Source: a virus. From it: a DNA stretch of 64,000 bases. Location of the stretch: IMG/VR virus record IMGVR_UViG_3300026097_001139, positions 1-64,000 of that record; one strand, 5' to 3'. Within the stretch, counting starts at the first letter, position 1. Each line of letters opens with the position of its first letter. Positions 1 through 10,996 of the stretch are shown one piece after another. The notes beneath the pieces were generated by a model. That model was not told where the DNA came from. It did not search any database and saw only the letters and a list, made by a program, of their open reading frames with translations. The translations under genes and the position numbers were made by a program.

Positions 1-1
1 C

Positions 2-205
2 CTGTGGGCCACTGTAGAAGATCGGCATCCTAGAGAAGTAATCGGCAGTGTAAGCGAAGATTTAGCTACACAACTAGAATTACCGTTGGCTGACTTTTCA
101 GACACTGCCAGTGCATTTTTCAAACAGCACTATCGCAGTGACTGGACCAATCGAGGCATAATGGTTCGAGAAATTGATGTAATAAGGCAGATCGAAGGTT
201 GGTAA
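2..205 (+). CDS. 3' end of a gene entering the window (hypothetical)
   Basis: Open frame from nt 2 to TAA 203-205 (..SAFFKQHYRSDWTNRGIMVREIDVIRQIEGW*), overlapping the next start. Confidence 0.7.
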   Translation: MWATVEDRHPREVIGSVSEDLATQLELPLADFSDTASAFFKQHYRSDWTNRGIMVREIDVIRQIEGW

Positions 206-1179
206 CAATAAAGTTAATAACTAGCGATAGCTATGTATGGAATAAGTTATCGGTTATTGCACAGTTTACCTCTGCTGTTTGCAACAAGCATCCAGTGTGT
301 ATAGACCTCTTAAATGAAGGTCCTGCTTTTGAGAATCTTGACATTTATCAGTCTATTAGAGACATTTGCGAAACATACAATTACGATCTTGAAAATATAA
401 CAGTTACAACATGCAATCTCTATCAACAACCCATTGACAATATTGAATTTGAAATAACCTTTCCTAACCATTTTGTTTATAACACTGTAAAGTTGTTAGA
501 AAATGTAAACACGGAAAAAAATATTTCAAAAACGTTTGGATTGTTTGTAGGCCGCAGTAACAGTCACAGACTGGATCTAAGCAGTTATCTGTTCAATCAT
601 TATAAAGATCAAACCGATCAGACTTTTCATTATGATCCATCTGACGAATATCACCGAAATAATCTTGGGTTAGACGGTTTGCTAGCAATAGCAGGTGTTG
701 AGGTTAGTACTGAAATATCACAGTTTTTGCAACAATGTCCTATGATCTCTAGTGAATCAGTGACATACCCAATATTGATGGACCAGCACTGTAACATGTA
801 TTCGCGCTATCAAAACTTTTTTACTGAAGTGGTATGCGAAACATCCTACGTAGGTGAAACATTTTTTCCTACTGAAAAAATATGGAGACCTATTGCAATG
901 ATGACACCGTTTATTGTCCAAGGTCCGCAGAATTTTTTACATAGATTACAAAAGCTAGGTTTTAAAACATTTGATCGTTGGTGGGACGAAGGGTATGCAG
1001 AAGATCCGGCTGACTGGCAGACTGTGGAAATTAAAAAAGTGATAAATTTTTTGTCTAATAAAAGTATCAACGAACTGCAGAAGATCTACAATGAAATGCT
1101 TCCTACTCTAGAGCATAACAAAAAACTTTTAATCGACATGAATCAACAATTTGTGGATAGCACTGTATGTACAAATTAG
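199..1179 (+). CDS. Putative glycosyltransferase-like protein (GT10/fucosyltransferase-like C-terminal motif)
   Basis: VVCETSY..FPTEKIWRPI..PFIVQG..GFKTF..WDEGY motif shared with three other ORFs in the window; resembles the GT10 EN..Y.TEK motif. Confidence 0.5.
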   Translation: MVTIKLITSDSYVWNKLSVIAQFTSAVCNKHPVCIDLLNEGPAFENLDIYQSIRDICETYNYDLENITVTTCNLYQQPIDNIEFEITFPNHFVYNTVKLLENVNTEKNISKTFGLFVGRSNSHRLDLSSYLFNHYKDQTDQTFHYDPSDEYHRNNLGLDGLLAIAGVEVSTEISQFLQQCPMISSESVTYPILMDQHCNMYSRYQNFFTEVVCETSYVGETFFPTEKIWRPIAMMTPFIVQGPQNFLHRLQKLGFKTFDRWWDEGYAEDPADWQTVEIKKVINFLSNKSINELQKIYNEMLPTLEHNKKLLIDMNQQFVDSTVCTN

Positions 1180-2018
1180 ATTACAGTGAATTTTATATTA
1201 CCAACGTATGCAATCTCAGCTGCCCTGGATGCAACAGATTTAACAACTACAACTTTCGTGGTCGACAACGCTGGAAAGATTTAGAGTCAACATATAAAGA
1301 GTGGAGTAAAGTGGTCAGTATTCGTCACTGTGCAGTGTTAGGAGGAGAACCACTGTTGAATGCTGATGTTATTGATTGGTGCAGAGGTATACTTAAACTG
1401 TGGCCCAAGACTTATCTAAGATTGATTACCAATGGATACAGAATCGAACACAGACAAGATCTTTACAATCTCAATTTGGAATACAGAGATAGATTCAGTG
1501 TATGGGTAGGTGTACACAATGAAAATCATGTAGACGATATTGTGTCACGTGTAAAAAAATGGCAACAAGGTCCAATAATTGATACAATATACGACGAAGA
1601 TCCTTACAATGTATATAGAATATTGAAAGATGTCAACGGTATTTCTACTCGCATAGAATATAATTGGTGGTTTCACCAAGGAAGCATAATAGATCAAATG
1701 GGCGTAAAGCAACTGCACAACAGTGACAGAGAAGCAGCACACACCAATTGTCATATGAAAAACTGCCATCACTGGATTGATGGCAAGTTATACAAGTGCG
1801 GCGTAGTTGCATTGTTGCCAGAATTTGATAAGCAACATCAGTTGACATTAAGTACTAGTGATAGAGAGCTAATGCAGAGTTATCAACCTCTAACCATTGA
1901 TTCAAATAACAAAAAACAGTTTTTTGCCAATCTCGGCAACAGTATACCGCAGTGCAAGTTTTGCCCACAACAGTACAATGGCGACCAAATCTACGCAGAG
2001 TATAAAAAAAATCTATGA
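1167..2018 (+). CDS. Radical SAM protein with C-terminal Cys cluster
   Basis: CNLSCPGC (CX3CX2C), LGGEPLL, C-terminal C..C..YKC..CKFC. Confidence 0.9.
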   Translation: MYKLDYSEFYITNVCNLSCPGCNRFNNYNFRGRQRWKDLESTYKEWSKVVSIRHCAVLGGEPLLNADVIDWCRGILKLWPKTYLRLITNGYRIEHRQDLYNLNLEYRDRFSVWVGVHNENHVDDIVSRVKKWQQGPIIDTIYDEDPYNVYRILKDVNGISTRIEYNWWFHQGSIIDQMGVKQLHNSDREAAHTNCHMKNCHHWIDGKLYKCGVVALLPEFDKQHQLTLSTSDRELMQSYQPLTIDSNNKKQFFANLGNSIPQCKFCPQQYNGDQIYAEYKKNL

Positions 2019-3439
2019 AAGGTGATGAAGTAAACAAAGACTTTCGCAGTGGTTTTATTACCAATGCTGAAGACATGAGAGACGCACTGAATCAGGTCGG
2101 ACCCGGCATGTGTCTTGCCAAATGGAAACAGGTCAGTTTACATCTCACCAATGGATATAACAACAGTTGTTATCATCCTCCTTTGCACAGAATCGAATCA
2201 CAAGAACTGGAAAATAATCCCAGTGCACTACACAATACAGCCTGGAAAAAACGACAGCGCAAGCGCATGCTGTCTGGCGATCGTCCAGAAGAATGTAGCT
2301 ATTGTTGGGCCATGGAAGACAATGGCAAACTCAGTGACAGACACTATAGATCAGGAGAACCCTGGGCGGCCAAAGACTTTGACAATATTATTGCCAGCAC
2401 TGGCGATGAAGATGTAAACCCTGCGTATGTAGAAGTAAACTTCAACAGTGCCTGTAATCTACGTTGTAGTTACTGTAGCCCGCAGTTCAGCAGTTCCTGG
2501 ATGGAGGAAACCGAAAAACACGGGGCATGGCCAACCAGTACTCCACACAACGATCCAAAACATTTTCAAGGCGATCGCCGGCCTATCCCAGCAAGAGAAC
2601 ATAACCCATATGTGGAAGCATTTTGGGAATGGTGGCCTGAACTGTATCCTGAACTGGAACATTTTCGCATGACTGGTGGCGAGCCATTAATGGATAAGAA
2701 CACATATCGTGTGTTTGATTATGTATTGGAAAATCCTAATCCCAAGTTGCATCTAAACGTGACCAGTAATTTTAGTGTGGATGAACGTTTGTGGCAAAAA
2801 TACAAAGAACAAGTAAAACGCCTCTGCAACGAAGGGCATGTAGAACACTACATGCAATTTGTCAGTGTAGACGGTTGGGGTAAACAAGCAGAATACATGC
2901 GCAACGGTCTTGACTTTGATCTCATGTGGGACAGATGCAATCAATTTCTCAATGAAATTCCAGAGCGCAGCAGTCTCACTTTTATTGTAACAATGAACAA
3001 TCTCAGTGTGCCCAGCTTGGGTGATCTGTTTGCCGGCATACTAGGACTGAGAAAAGTCTACAGTGAAAGTTATCAACGAGTTTGGTTTGATACACCAGTG
3101 CTGCGTCAGCCGGAATGGCAAAGTCTGCAGATATTGCCTGAAAGTTATGTGCTACAGTTAGAAAGACTGTGGAGTTGGATGATAGCACAAGCTGAAACTC
3201 CGGACACTCGATTAAAAGGATTCAAGGACTATGAAATACAGCGTCTTGATCGTGACATTGCTTGGATGAGAGATGGGCAAAAACTAGACACAGAATATTT
3301 ACATCGTGCTCAGGCAGACTTTTATAGGTTTTTCAATGAACACGATCGCAGAAGAGGCACTGATTTTTTAAAAACTTTTCCAGAAATGCAAGACTGGTGG
3401 AAACTGTGTGAATACAGGAGCAAACGGCATGCAGGATGA
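2015..3439 (+). CDS. Radical SAM protein with N-terminal twitch-like domain
   Basis: N-terminal CLAKW..SCYH..CSYCW; core CNLRCSYC; TGGEPL; ATGA overlap. Confidence 0.92.
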   Translation: MKGDEVNKDFRSGFITNAEDMRDALNQVGPGMCLAKWKQVSLHLTNGYNNSCYHPPLHRIESQELENNPSALHNTAWKKRQRKRMLSGDRPEECSYCWAMEDNGKLSDRHYRSGEPWAAKDFDNIIASTGDEDVNPAYVEVNFNSACNLRCSYCSPQFSSSWMEETEKHGAWPTSTPHNDPKHFQGDRRPIPAREHNPYVEAFWEWWPELYPELEHFRMTGGEPLMDKNTYRVFDYVLENPNPKLHLNVTSNFSVDERLWQKYKEQVKRLCNEGHVEHYMQFVSVDGWGKQAEYMRNGLDFDLMWDRCNQFLNEIPERSSLTFIVTMNNLSVPSLGDLFAGILGLRKVYSESYQRVWFDTPVLRQPEWQSLQILPESYVLQLERLWSWMIAQAETPDTRLKGFKDYEIQRLDRDIAWMRDGQKLDTEYLHRAQADFYRFFNEHDRRRGTDFLKTFPEMQDWWKLCEYRSKRHAG

Positions 3440-4883
3440 TTTTGACAAATTTATCAACAGTTATGATTTGCGTATATTGCACAGTGGCGGTGATTATGGT
3501 AATTTTTTATTGTGGGCAATGGGATGGTTAGATCAAAAAGAATATCAAACCATCCAACAGGTGCAAACTGAAACTGGCAGTTTTCATCATAATATGGACA
3601 ATTATATAAACCGTGACTATGATTCGTCGCCTGTTGAGTTAGCAAATATTTATAATTCTGCCAGTATTGTTCGCTTGCATTATAATATCAACAATATAGA
3701 AAATGACATTTTATCTATTGCCGATACTGGACCTACTATGTTGATTGATCCAACAAACTGTATTTTGGAAATGTTAAACAATCGAGAAACCAAGATGCTA
3801 CAACAAGCCTCTTGTAAAATAGAAAACATTCAAGATTTGGCTTCGCAAATTCAAACATGGTTAAATGTGTTCGACAAGTGCAGGAATTTACAACATGAAA
3901 ATTTGTATATTGTAAAAATGAAACAGTTGGTTAAGAAACCAGCAATAACCATAAAACAGGCTTATCAATGGTGGAGAAAGCATGATGGAGTAAGGTCCAA
4001 TGATGAAATTAACGACACTGTATCTTACTGGCAAAGCAAACAAAAATTTCTAAATCACGACGAAAGTATACTAGCATTGCTTAGATCAAATGATCCTTTA
4101 TTGACACAAAACATACCTGCATTACAAACTATGCTTATAGATTCTGCAAAAAAACTTCCTAGTAAAACAGATATCGACGATCTTATGTACAGCCAATGCT
4201 TGCAAAAATTGCCACCAGACTGCGCAGAATATAAAAACCTAATAAAAAAGCCAACAGTTAGTAACATGTATCCTGCAGTTTTCTATGCTGCAAAAAATAT
4301 TAAAAATCAAGCTGAGGAAATTTACAAACAGGTAGTCAATCGAGATTTATCTTCATGTATAATAGTGTTACACAATGCTGATTCAGCAGGCCAAACTTTG
4401 GTAAACACACTGAATACTATCACAGACCACAATGAGGATTTATTCTATGGGTTGTCTATAAGTAAATTGTCTAGGCTAACGTTAAACGAATGGATAGGTT
4501 TTTTACGTACACGAGCCAAAAAAATAATCATAATAGATAGGAAAAATTTCGAACTAGAACACGCACTTCGTATATCAGAGTGTACTGCATCTGCCGATAT
4601 CAATGATATTTTTTCTTCACCGGACGATTCTACAGTGTTTGATACTGTATACGACCGTAAAAATACTAAAAAAATTCTATTAAAAGATCTTGTTTATTCT
4701 TTTGAGGAAACGATAAGATTGGTGTGTAATTGGACACAAACTGAAATAACTAAACCTATATGTGCTATCGAGTATTTTAAAAACAACAAATACAATAGCA
4801 TAGATCAAGAATACAATAAGATACATGGCGGATTTTCTTACTATGCCAAATATAAAAAAGCAACAGAATATTTACAGAGTTAA
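3429..4883 (+). CDS. Hypothetical AT-rich protein, internally duplicated, possibly sulfotransferase-like
   Basis: Long ORF; start placed at ATG 3429; two similar halves (ILHSGGDYGNFL / VLHNADSAGQTL; MKQLVKKPAITI / LKDLVYSFEETI). Confidence 0.45.
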   Translation: MQDDFDKFINSYDLRILHSGGDYGNFLLWAMGWLDQKEYQTIQQVQTETGSFHHNMDNYINRDYDSSPVELANIYNSASIVRLHYNINNIENDILSIADTGPTMLIDPTNCILEMLNNRETKMLQQASCKIENIQDLASQIQTWLNVFDKCRNLQHENLYIVKMKQLVKKPAITIKQAYQWWRKHDGVRSNDEINDTVSYWQSKQKFLNHDESILALLRSNDPLLTQNIPALQTMLIDSAKKLPSKTDIDDLMYSQCLQKLPPDCAEYKNLIKKPTVSNMYPAVFYAAKNIKNQAEEIYKQVVNRDLSSCIIVLHNADSAGQTLVNTLNTITDHNEDLFYGLSISKLSRLTLNEWIGFLRTRAKKIIIIDRKNFELEHALRISECTASADINDIFSSPDDSTVFDTVYDRKNTKKILLKDLVYSFEETIRLVCNWTQTEITKPICAIEYFKNNKYNSIDQEYNKIHGGFSYYAKYKKATEYLQS

Positions 4884-4886
4884 AAT

Positions 4887-6239
4887 ATGACAAGACTTAT
4901 AAATGAAACAGACTTGGAATTTCGCAAAAGAGTATTAGATAGTAAAAGCTCTAGCTTTTGTGGTGCCAAGTGGTACAATGCTACTATATGGCTTGGATCA
5001 GGAATGACCACCAGTTGCCACCATCCGCCTGCACATCTTGTACCTATTAAAGATGTAACTGAAAATCCCAAGCTACTACATAACACACCAGAAAAAAAAC
5101 AAGATCGAGAAATGATGCAACGGGGCGAACGTCCTCCAGGTTGTGAGTACTGCTGGAAAATAGAAGACATGGGCCGAGATGCAGTAAGTGACCGTGTGTA
5201 CAAAAGTGTAATCTATGACGACAAAGATTTACAAACTGTATTTGAAACAGACCCAAATGCAGATATTGACTTACAAACACTGGAGATCAGTTTTGACAGA
5301 ACTTGTCAACTTGCATGCAGCTATTGTAATCCTGCATTTTCCAGTACCTGGGTAAAAGATGTAAAACGCAATGGTGCATACAGTGGTCTTGTCAGTGATG
5401 GACGTAATCATTTTACACATCCTCATGACAGTGCGCAACTGTTTACAATCAATGAAGAAAATCCATATGTTGAAGCATTTTTCCGTTGGTGGGAAAGTGA
5501 CCTACATCGTACTCTCAAAGAGCTGAGAATCACAGGTGGAGAACCACTGATGAGTGGCTACACCTGGAGATTGATCGAGTGGTTTAAGCAAAATCGTGGC
5601 AAAAGTAAAACACGTCTTGCTATCAACAGCAACCTAAGTTTACCCACTGAAAAGATTCAAGAATTGCTAGACGCTTGTGAAGACATTGAACTAGATATCT
5701 ATACCAGTAACGAAAGCATGGACCAGCAGGCTGAGTATATTCGACACGGATTGAATTGGAACCAATGGCTGCGTAACATGGACTTATTGGTCCGCAGTCC
5801 GCAAATACGCAGTTTGCATAATATGTGCACAATCAACGCATTGTGTTTGGACAGTTTGCCAGAGTTCTTAGACAAGGTACTGACATGGAAGGCTGAGTTT
5901 GGCAAAGACCGTCCTAATTTTACGTTAAACATTTTGCGCTTTCCTAGTTTTCAAAGTCCATTGATATTCCCTGATGATATCCGCACAAAATACAAACAGG
6001 ACCTTGAAGCTTGGTTAAATACAAACAAGCACAATGAGTTGTTGCATCAACACGAAATCAATCATTTGCAGCGTTTAATAGACTACTTAGATGTTGTAAA
6101 AACTCCGCACTCAGAAACGTTCGAACATCCAAAACTTTTAAATGACTTTAAAAAGTTTTATTCGCAGTACGATGAGCGCAGAGACTTGGATTTTGCTACA
6201 GCATTTCCAAAGCTAAACAGCTGGTATTCCCAACTATGA
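4887..6239 (+). CDS. Radical SAM protein with N-terminal twitch-like domain
   Basis: CGAKW..SCHH..CEYCW; CQLACSYC; TGGEPL. Confidence 0.92.
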   Translation: MTRLINETDLEFRKRVLDSKSSSFCGAKWYNATIWLGSGMTTSCHHPPAHLVPIKDVTENPKLLHNTPEKKQDREMMQRGERPPGCEYCWKIEDMGRDAVSDRVYKSVIYDDKDLQTVFETDPNADIDLQTLEISFDRTCQLACSYCNPAFSSTWVKDVKRNGAYSGLVSDGRNHFTHPHDSAQLFTINEENPYVEAFFRWWESDLHRTLKELRITGGEPLMSGYTWRLIEWFKQNRGKSKTRLAINSNLSLPTEKIQELLDACEDIELDIYTSNESMDQQAEYIRHGLNWNQWLRNMDLLVRSPQIRSLHNMCTINALCLDSLPEFLDKVLTWKAEFGKDRPNFTLNILRFPSFQSPLIFPDDIRTKYKQDLEAWLNTNKHNELLHQHEINHLQRLIDYLDVVKTPHSETFEHPKLLNDFKKFYSQYDERRDLDFATAFPKLNSWYSQL

Positions 6240-7654
6240 AAAAAATAAAACTCTATGACAACACTGAATACCGTGAGTGGAAAGATCGAGTTCTGAATAG
6301 CAAAAGTCCCAGCTTTTGTGGCGCCAAGTGGTACAATGCCAGTGTATGGCTTCAGCAAGGCTGGACCACAAGTTGCCATCACAATCCACCGCATGCCATT
6401 GATGTAGAAGAAATCAAAAAAAATCCGCGAGCATTGCATAATACCACAGTTAAGAAAAATGAACGTGCAATGATGCAACGTGGCGAAAAACCAGCCAACT
6501 GTCAGTTTTGCTGGGTCATGGAAGAAACCGACCCGAATAATCTAGCAGACAGATATTGGTTAAGTACCATTGCAAGTGAAGAACAATTGCAAGCAGCATT
6601 TGATGCTCCGGCTGATCAAGATGTTGATTTATTGTATTTAGAAATAGCGTTTGATAGAACCTGTCAGTTGGCCTGTAGTTATTGTTGTCCTAGTATAAGC
6701 AGCAGTTGGGCAACCGACGTGCGCAACAACGGAGCATACGAAGGTTTAGAAACTGATCGCAGGCAACATTACATTTCTCCTTGCGACGACAGCATGACCA
6801 GTCGACCTAACGAAGTAAATGAATATGCAGAAGCATTTTTCAAGTGGTGGGAGGACAGTTTAGCTGGCAGTCTAAAGCAGTTGCGGATTACAGGTGGCGA
6901 ACCAATGATGAGTCCTCACATGTGGAGATTATTAGACTGGCTCGTAGAGAATCCAAACAAGGCAAAGTGCAGAATCGAAATCACTACAAATTTAGCTTAT
7001 GATGACTCAGTAGTAGATAAAATGCTTGATAAAGTGAGCAAAATCGATCTTCCTGTATGGGCATATGTGAGCAGTGAAAGCATCGGAGCCCAGGGCGAGT
7101 ATGTCAGAGACGGGCTTAATTGGAAACAGTGGGAACGTAACATCGATCGATTGATTGCAAGCAAAGACATAGAAGATATCAGTATCATTGGCACAGTTAA
7201 TGCACCAAATGCCGACGGATTTGTTGATTTTTTACGTTGGCTCGTGGAAAAAAAGAAAATAGCAAAACCACTAGGAAAAAATTTAATGTTTACTATTAAT
7301 CCAGTGCGTTTTCCGACATTCCAAAATATTGTAGTGCTGCCAGAAGATATTAGAGAAACCATAGCAGATGAAATTGATGAATTTATGGTTGCCAGTGATG
7401 TTCATAGTGTTATTGATCATTTAGAACGTGACCATATTCAGCGTATAAGCAAATATATTCGTAATGTCGTTAACCCGCATAAGGAAGATGTTACCAAACA
7501 CGACCTTACTCCTTATGAATTGCAACAAGGCAAAAATGACACCGAGCTACTACAAAAAGATTTTAAACGATTTTTTGTGCAGTATGACAAAAGACGAGAT
7601 AAAAATTTTACAGAAACGTTTCCGAGATTGGCTAAATGGTACAACAGTTTATGA
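6236..7654 (+). CDS. Radical SAM protein with N-terminal twitch-like domain (tandem paralog of 4887..6239)
   Basis: CGAKW..SCHH..CQFCW; CQLACSYC; TGGEPM; ATGA overlap. Confidence 0.92.
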   Translation: MKKIKLYDNTEYREWKDRVLNSKSPSFCGAKWYNASVWLQQGWTTSCHHNPPHAIDVEEIKKNPRALHNTTVKKNERAMMQRGEKPANCQFCWVMEETDPNNLADRYWLSTIASEEQLQAAFDAPADQDVDLLYLEIAFDRTCQLACSYCCPSISSSWATDVRNNGAYEGLETDRRQHYISPCDDSMTSRPNEVNEYAEAFFKWWEDSLAGSLKQLRITGGEPMMSPHMWRLLDWLVENPNKAKCRIEITTNLAYDDSVVDKMLDKVSKIDLPVWAYVSSESIGAQGEYVRDGLNWKQWERNIDRLIASKDIEDISIIGTVNAPNADGFVDFLRWLVEKKKIAKPLGKNLMFTINPVRFPTFQNIVVLPEDIRETIADEIDEFMVASDVHSVIDHLERDHIQRISKYIRNVVNPHKEDVTKHDLTPYELQQGKNDTELLQKDFKRFFVQYDKRRDKNFTETFPRLAKWYNSL

Positions 7655-9357
7655 GCTATGCTAACACGTTGAACAGTATTCAAGAAACATACAGTGTTGT
7701 ATCCACAGTGGATTTGGATTCTTATGCTGACATGCACTATGAAGACATGCAACAGCAATTGGTAGAATTACTTGCACGATTGCGCAAAGACGAATATACA
7801 GATCAAGAAAGGTTGGTGTTTACAACTACCACAGACAGTTATGTGCAACAAGACACAGTAGGCTTAGTTCTGCAAAATTTACAATTAGCCTTAAATCATG
7901 TTGACATCAGCAATTTTTTTGTTATAATAGTAACTAACAGTACACACTGGCAGGAACAACAAGAACGACTTAACAATCTAAGTCATGACCCTGTGCCAGT
8001 TGAATTCATCTACGTAAAAGAAGATGAACATCACAGAAGAATACTAGAACGCTTGCCAACCAGTAAAAAAGACGAATACCGTTACGGTAGTCTCAATCCA
8101 ATTAAAATTGATTTAAAAGACGTAACTGACAGTGAACAGTTTTTGCTGACTGGCAGTAAACGTTTTTGTATCTATCCTTGGATTCATTTACATGCATATC
8201 CCACTGGTGATGTTTATCCTTGCTGTCATGCAGAAATGCGCGAAGGTCCAGCAGGTAATGCCAAGCAAGATACACTAGAGAATATAAACAACAGTGACCG
8301 CATGCGAGAACTTCGCAGAGACATGCTCTCAGAAAAGTCAAACAGCTGGTGTACTAGATGCTACGAACAAGAAGATGCAGGATTTTTTTCTGGTAGACAA
8401 AGTGCTAACAAGCATCATGGTCACCATATCGGGCGAGTCAAAGATACCAATAAAGATGGCAGTGTAGATAAGTTTTCCATGACCTATTGGGATATAAGAT
8501 TCAGTAATTTGTGTAATCTCAGTTGCAGAAGCTGTGGGCATATCTTTTCAAGCAGTTGGTATCAAGATCAAGCCAAGCTTGCAGGCGAAGATTGGAAAAA
8601 AGAAAACAGTGTGCTCATCTATGCAGGCAGACATGAAACTGACATGTGGGAACAGTTGGTTGAGCATATAGACGACGTAGAACAGATATACTTTGCCGGT
8701 GGCGAACCACTGTTGATGATAGAACACTACAATATTCTAGAAGAACTGGAACGTCGCGGCAGATTTGATGTTAGACTGATCTACAACAGCAACTTCACTG
8801 AAGTCAAACTCAAAGACAGACTGGTGTTTGATTACTGGAAAAAGTTCGACAGTGTAGCTGTGGGTGCCAGTTTGGATGCTATGGGCAATCACGCAGAATA
8901 CATTCGCAAAGGCACAACCTGGGCAGACGTAGAACGCAACAGAGAACAGATGTTGAAAATTTGTCCTGATGTTGACTTTTATATCAGTCCCACTCTTAGT
9001 ATAATGAATGCCTGGCACATAACTGATTTTCATCGAGACTGGGTAGAAAAAGGATTGTTGCGTGCGCAGGATCTCAATGTAAACATATTACAGGATCCTA
9101 AACACTATCGAATTGACATAGCTCCGCCTGAATACAAAGCACAGCTACAACACAAATGGGAACAGCACCTTGAATGGCTGAGACCGCAAGATGATTTACA
9201 GCGTGCTACTCAAGGATTTGAGAGTGCAATACGTTTTATGAACAGCACAGATAATACAGCACTTATTAACGAATTTTGGAGCAAGACCAGCCAGCTCGAT
9301 CAAATACGAAAAGAAAACATACTAGAACAAATTCCAGAACTAGAGGCACTACGATGA
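7651..9357 (+). CDS. Radical SAM protein: extra N-terminal domain + twitch-like domain + core
   Basis: CIYPW..PCC..CTRC; CNLSCRSC; AGGEPL; start placed at the ATGA overlap 7651. Confidence 0.92.
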   Translation: MSYANTLNSIQETYSVVSTVDLDSYADMHYEDMQQQLVELLARLRKDEYTDQERLVFTTTTDSYVQQDTVGLVLQNLQLALNHVDISNFFVIIVTNSTHWQEQQERLNNLSHDPVPVEFIYVKEDEHHRRILERLPTSKKDEYRYGSLNPIKIDLKDVTDSEQFLLTGSKRFCIYPWIHLHAYPTGDVYPCCHAEMREGPAGNAKQDTLENINNSDRMRELRRDMLSEKSNSWCTRCYEQEDAGFFSGRQSANKHHGHHIGRVKDTNKDGSVDKFSMTYWDIRFSNLCNLSCRSCGHIFSSSWYQDQAKLAGEDWKKENSVLIYAGRHETDMWEQLVEHIDDVEQIYFAGGEPLLMIEHYNILEELERRGRFDVRLIYNSNFTEVKLKDRLVFDYWKKFDSVAVGASLDAMGNHAEYIRKGTTWADVERNREQMLKICPDVDFYISPTLSIMNAWHITDFHRDWVEKGLLRAQDLNVNILQDPKHYRIDIAPPEYKAQLQHKWEQHLEWLRPQDDLQRATQGFESAIRFMNSTDNTALINEFWSKTSQLDQIRKENILEQIPELEALR

Positions 9358-10577
9358 ATTTACCGCATGAACAATTTTGCGTGCTACCATGGATAAGTTT
9401 AGAAACAAGTCCTATTGGCACAGTGCGCCCTTGTTGCCTTGCAGAAGATGAAATCAAAGACAACAACGGTGAAAAGTTTGAACTTATTGCCAGCGATCTG
9501 GGAGAAATACAGTGTAGCGATTACATGCAGGATCTGCGACAACAGTTCTTGGATGGTAAACAGCCGCGAACCTGTAGGAAATGCTGGAAAGAAGAACGTG
9601 CAGGACGCACCAGCAAGCGTATGCACACGCTGGATCGGTTAAAACATGTGTTACCAGATCAAGAATGGACAGTTGACGCAAAGCCGTTGATGTTTCTTGA
9701 TCTCAAGCTTGGCAACATTTGCAACCTCAAGTGCAGAATCTGTGGTTCGTGGTCTAGTTCACAGTTTGCCGCTGAAGAACTGCAATTTCACAGAAGGGAA
9801 GAAGGTGATCGAAAAGACAGCTATCATTATGAAATGCTGAAAAAGGGAGCCTGGCCAAAAGAAACAGAAACATTCTGGGATCAATTTGACAGCGTAAGCT
9901 CGGATATCCGCTATATCGAATTCACAGGCGGCGAGCCGTTTATGATCAAAGAACACTTTAGAATACTGCAAAGTTTAGTAGATAAAGGCATTGCTGGCAA
10001 TGTGGAAATACACTACAATACCAATGGTACCATCTACCCCGAAGAAGGCGAAGCTCTGTGGAAACATTTTAAGACTGTAGAAATTGCATTCAGCATAGAT
10101 GATGTAGAAGATCGTTTTGAATATCAACGCAGCAATGCAGAATGGCACACTGTAAACGAAAATATTACCAGGTTCCGCGATCTCAAACATAGATATCCAG
10201 GAAAAATACAATTACAAGTGTGTAGCACAGTAAACGTATTCAACGTCTCTTATCTTGAAACGTTGGCTAATTGGATTGACCAACAAGAGTTTGATTTTGT
10301 GTATTGGAATATGATGCACGAAGCCTACTACTTTAGTATCAGTACATTGCCCAGTCGTGCAAAATATGAAATTGAACAAAGACTGCGCAGTGCACAGGTT
10401 AGCTCCAAGCACAAACAAGAGTTTGAAAATATCATAGATTTTATGAACGGCGGACCAAGTCATGATGGACAGATTCTCAGAATGAAAGTGAGAGACCTGG
10501 ATTTCAAACGCAGTCAGGACCTGAGAACGCATCACAGTGAACTAGCAGAGTGGATTGAATACGAGGGCGTACAGTGA
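9354..10577 (+). CDS. Radical SAM protein with N-terminal twitch-like domain
   Basis: CVLPW..PCC..CRKC; CNLKCRIC; TGGEPF; start placed at the ATGA overlap 9354. Confidence 0.92.
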   Translation: MNLPHEQFCVLPWISLETSPIGTVRPCCLAEDEIKDNNGEKFELIASDLGEIQCSDYMQDLRQQFLDGKQPRTCRKCWKEERAGRTSKRMHTLDRLKHVLPDQEWTVDAKPLMFLDLKLGNICNLKCRICGSWSSSQFAAEELQFHRREEGDRKDSYHYEMLKKGAWPKETETFWDQFDSVSSDIRYIEFTGGEPFMIKEHFRILQSLVDKGIAGNVEIHYNTNGTIYPEEGEALWKHFKTVEIAFSIDDVEDRFEYQRSNAEWHTVNENITRFRDLKHRYPGKIQLQVCSTVNVFNVSYLETLANWIDQQEFDFVYWNMMHEAYYFSISTLPSRAKYEIEQRLRSAQVSSKHKQEFENIIDFMNGGPSHDGQILRMKVRDLDFKRSQDLRTHHSELAEWIEYEGVQ

Positions 10578-10996
10578 AAGTAGGGTTTACATGCAGTACA
10601 TTTGACCTGTTGCATGCTGGACATGTAGCAATGCTTCGTGAAGCAAAAGAACAATGCGATTATCTAATGGTAGGACTACAGGTTGATCCAAGTCGAGATC
10701 GTCCTAATAAAAACGCACCTGTGCAAACACTGGTAGAAAGATATACACAGCTACAAGCAGTGCGTTATGTAGACGAAATTGTAGTGTACGAAAACGAAAG
10801 AGATTTAGAAGACATTCTGGAAATGATGCACATAGATGTGCGGATTCTAGGCGAAGAATACCGAGAACACGATTTTACCGGAAAGGATATTTGTAAAAAA
10901 CGTGGTATTCAGTTATACTTTAACAAAAGAGAACACCGTTTTAGCAGCAGTGATCTAAGACGAAGAGTAGCCTCTCTAGAAAATGCAAAAACCTAA
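10574..10996 (+). CDS. Cytidylyltransferase (glycerol-3-phosphate cytidylyltransferase/TagD-like)
   Basis: FDLLHAGH (HxGH) and RFSSSDLR motifs, 140 aa. Confidence 0.88.
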   Translation: MKVGFTCSTFDLLHAGHVAMLREAKEQCDYLMVGLQVDPSRDRPNKNAPVQTLVERYTQLQAVRYVDEIVVYENERDLEDILEMMHIDVRILGEEYREHDFTGKDICKKRGIQLYFNKREHRFSSSDLRRRVASLENAKT

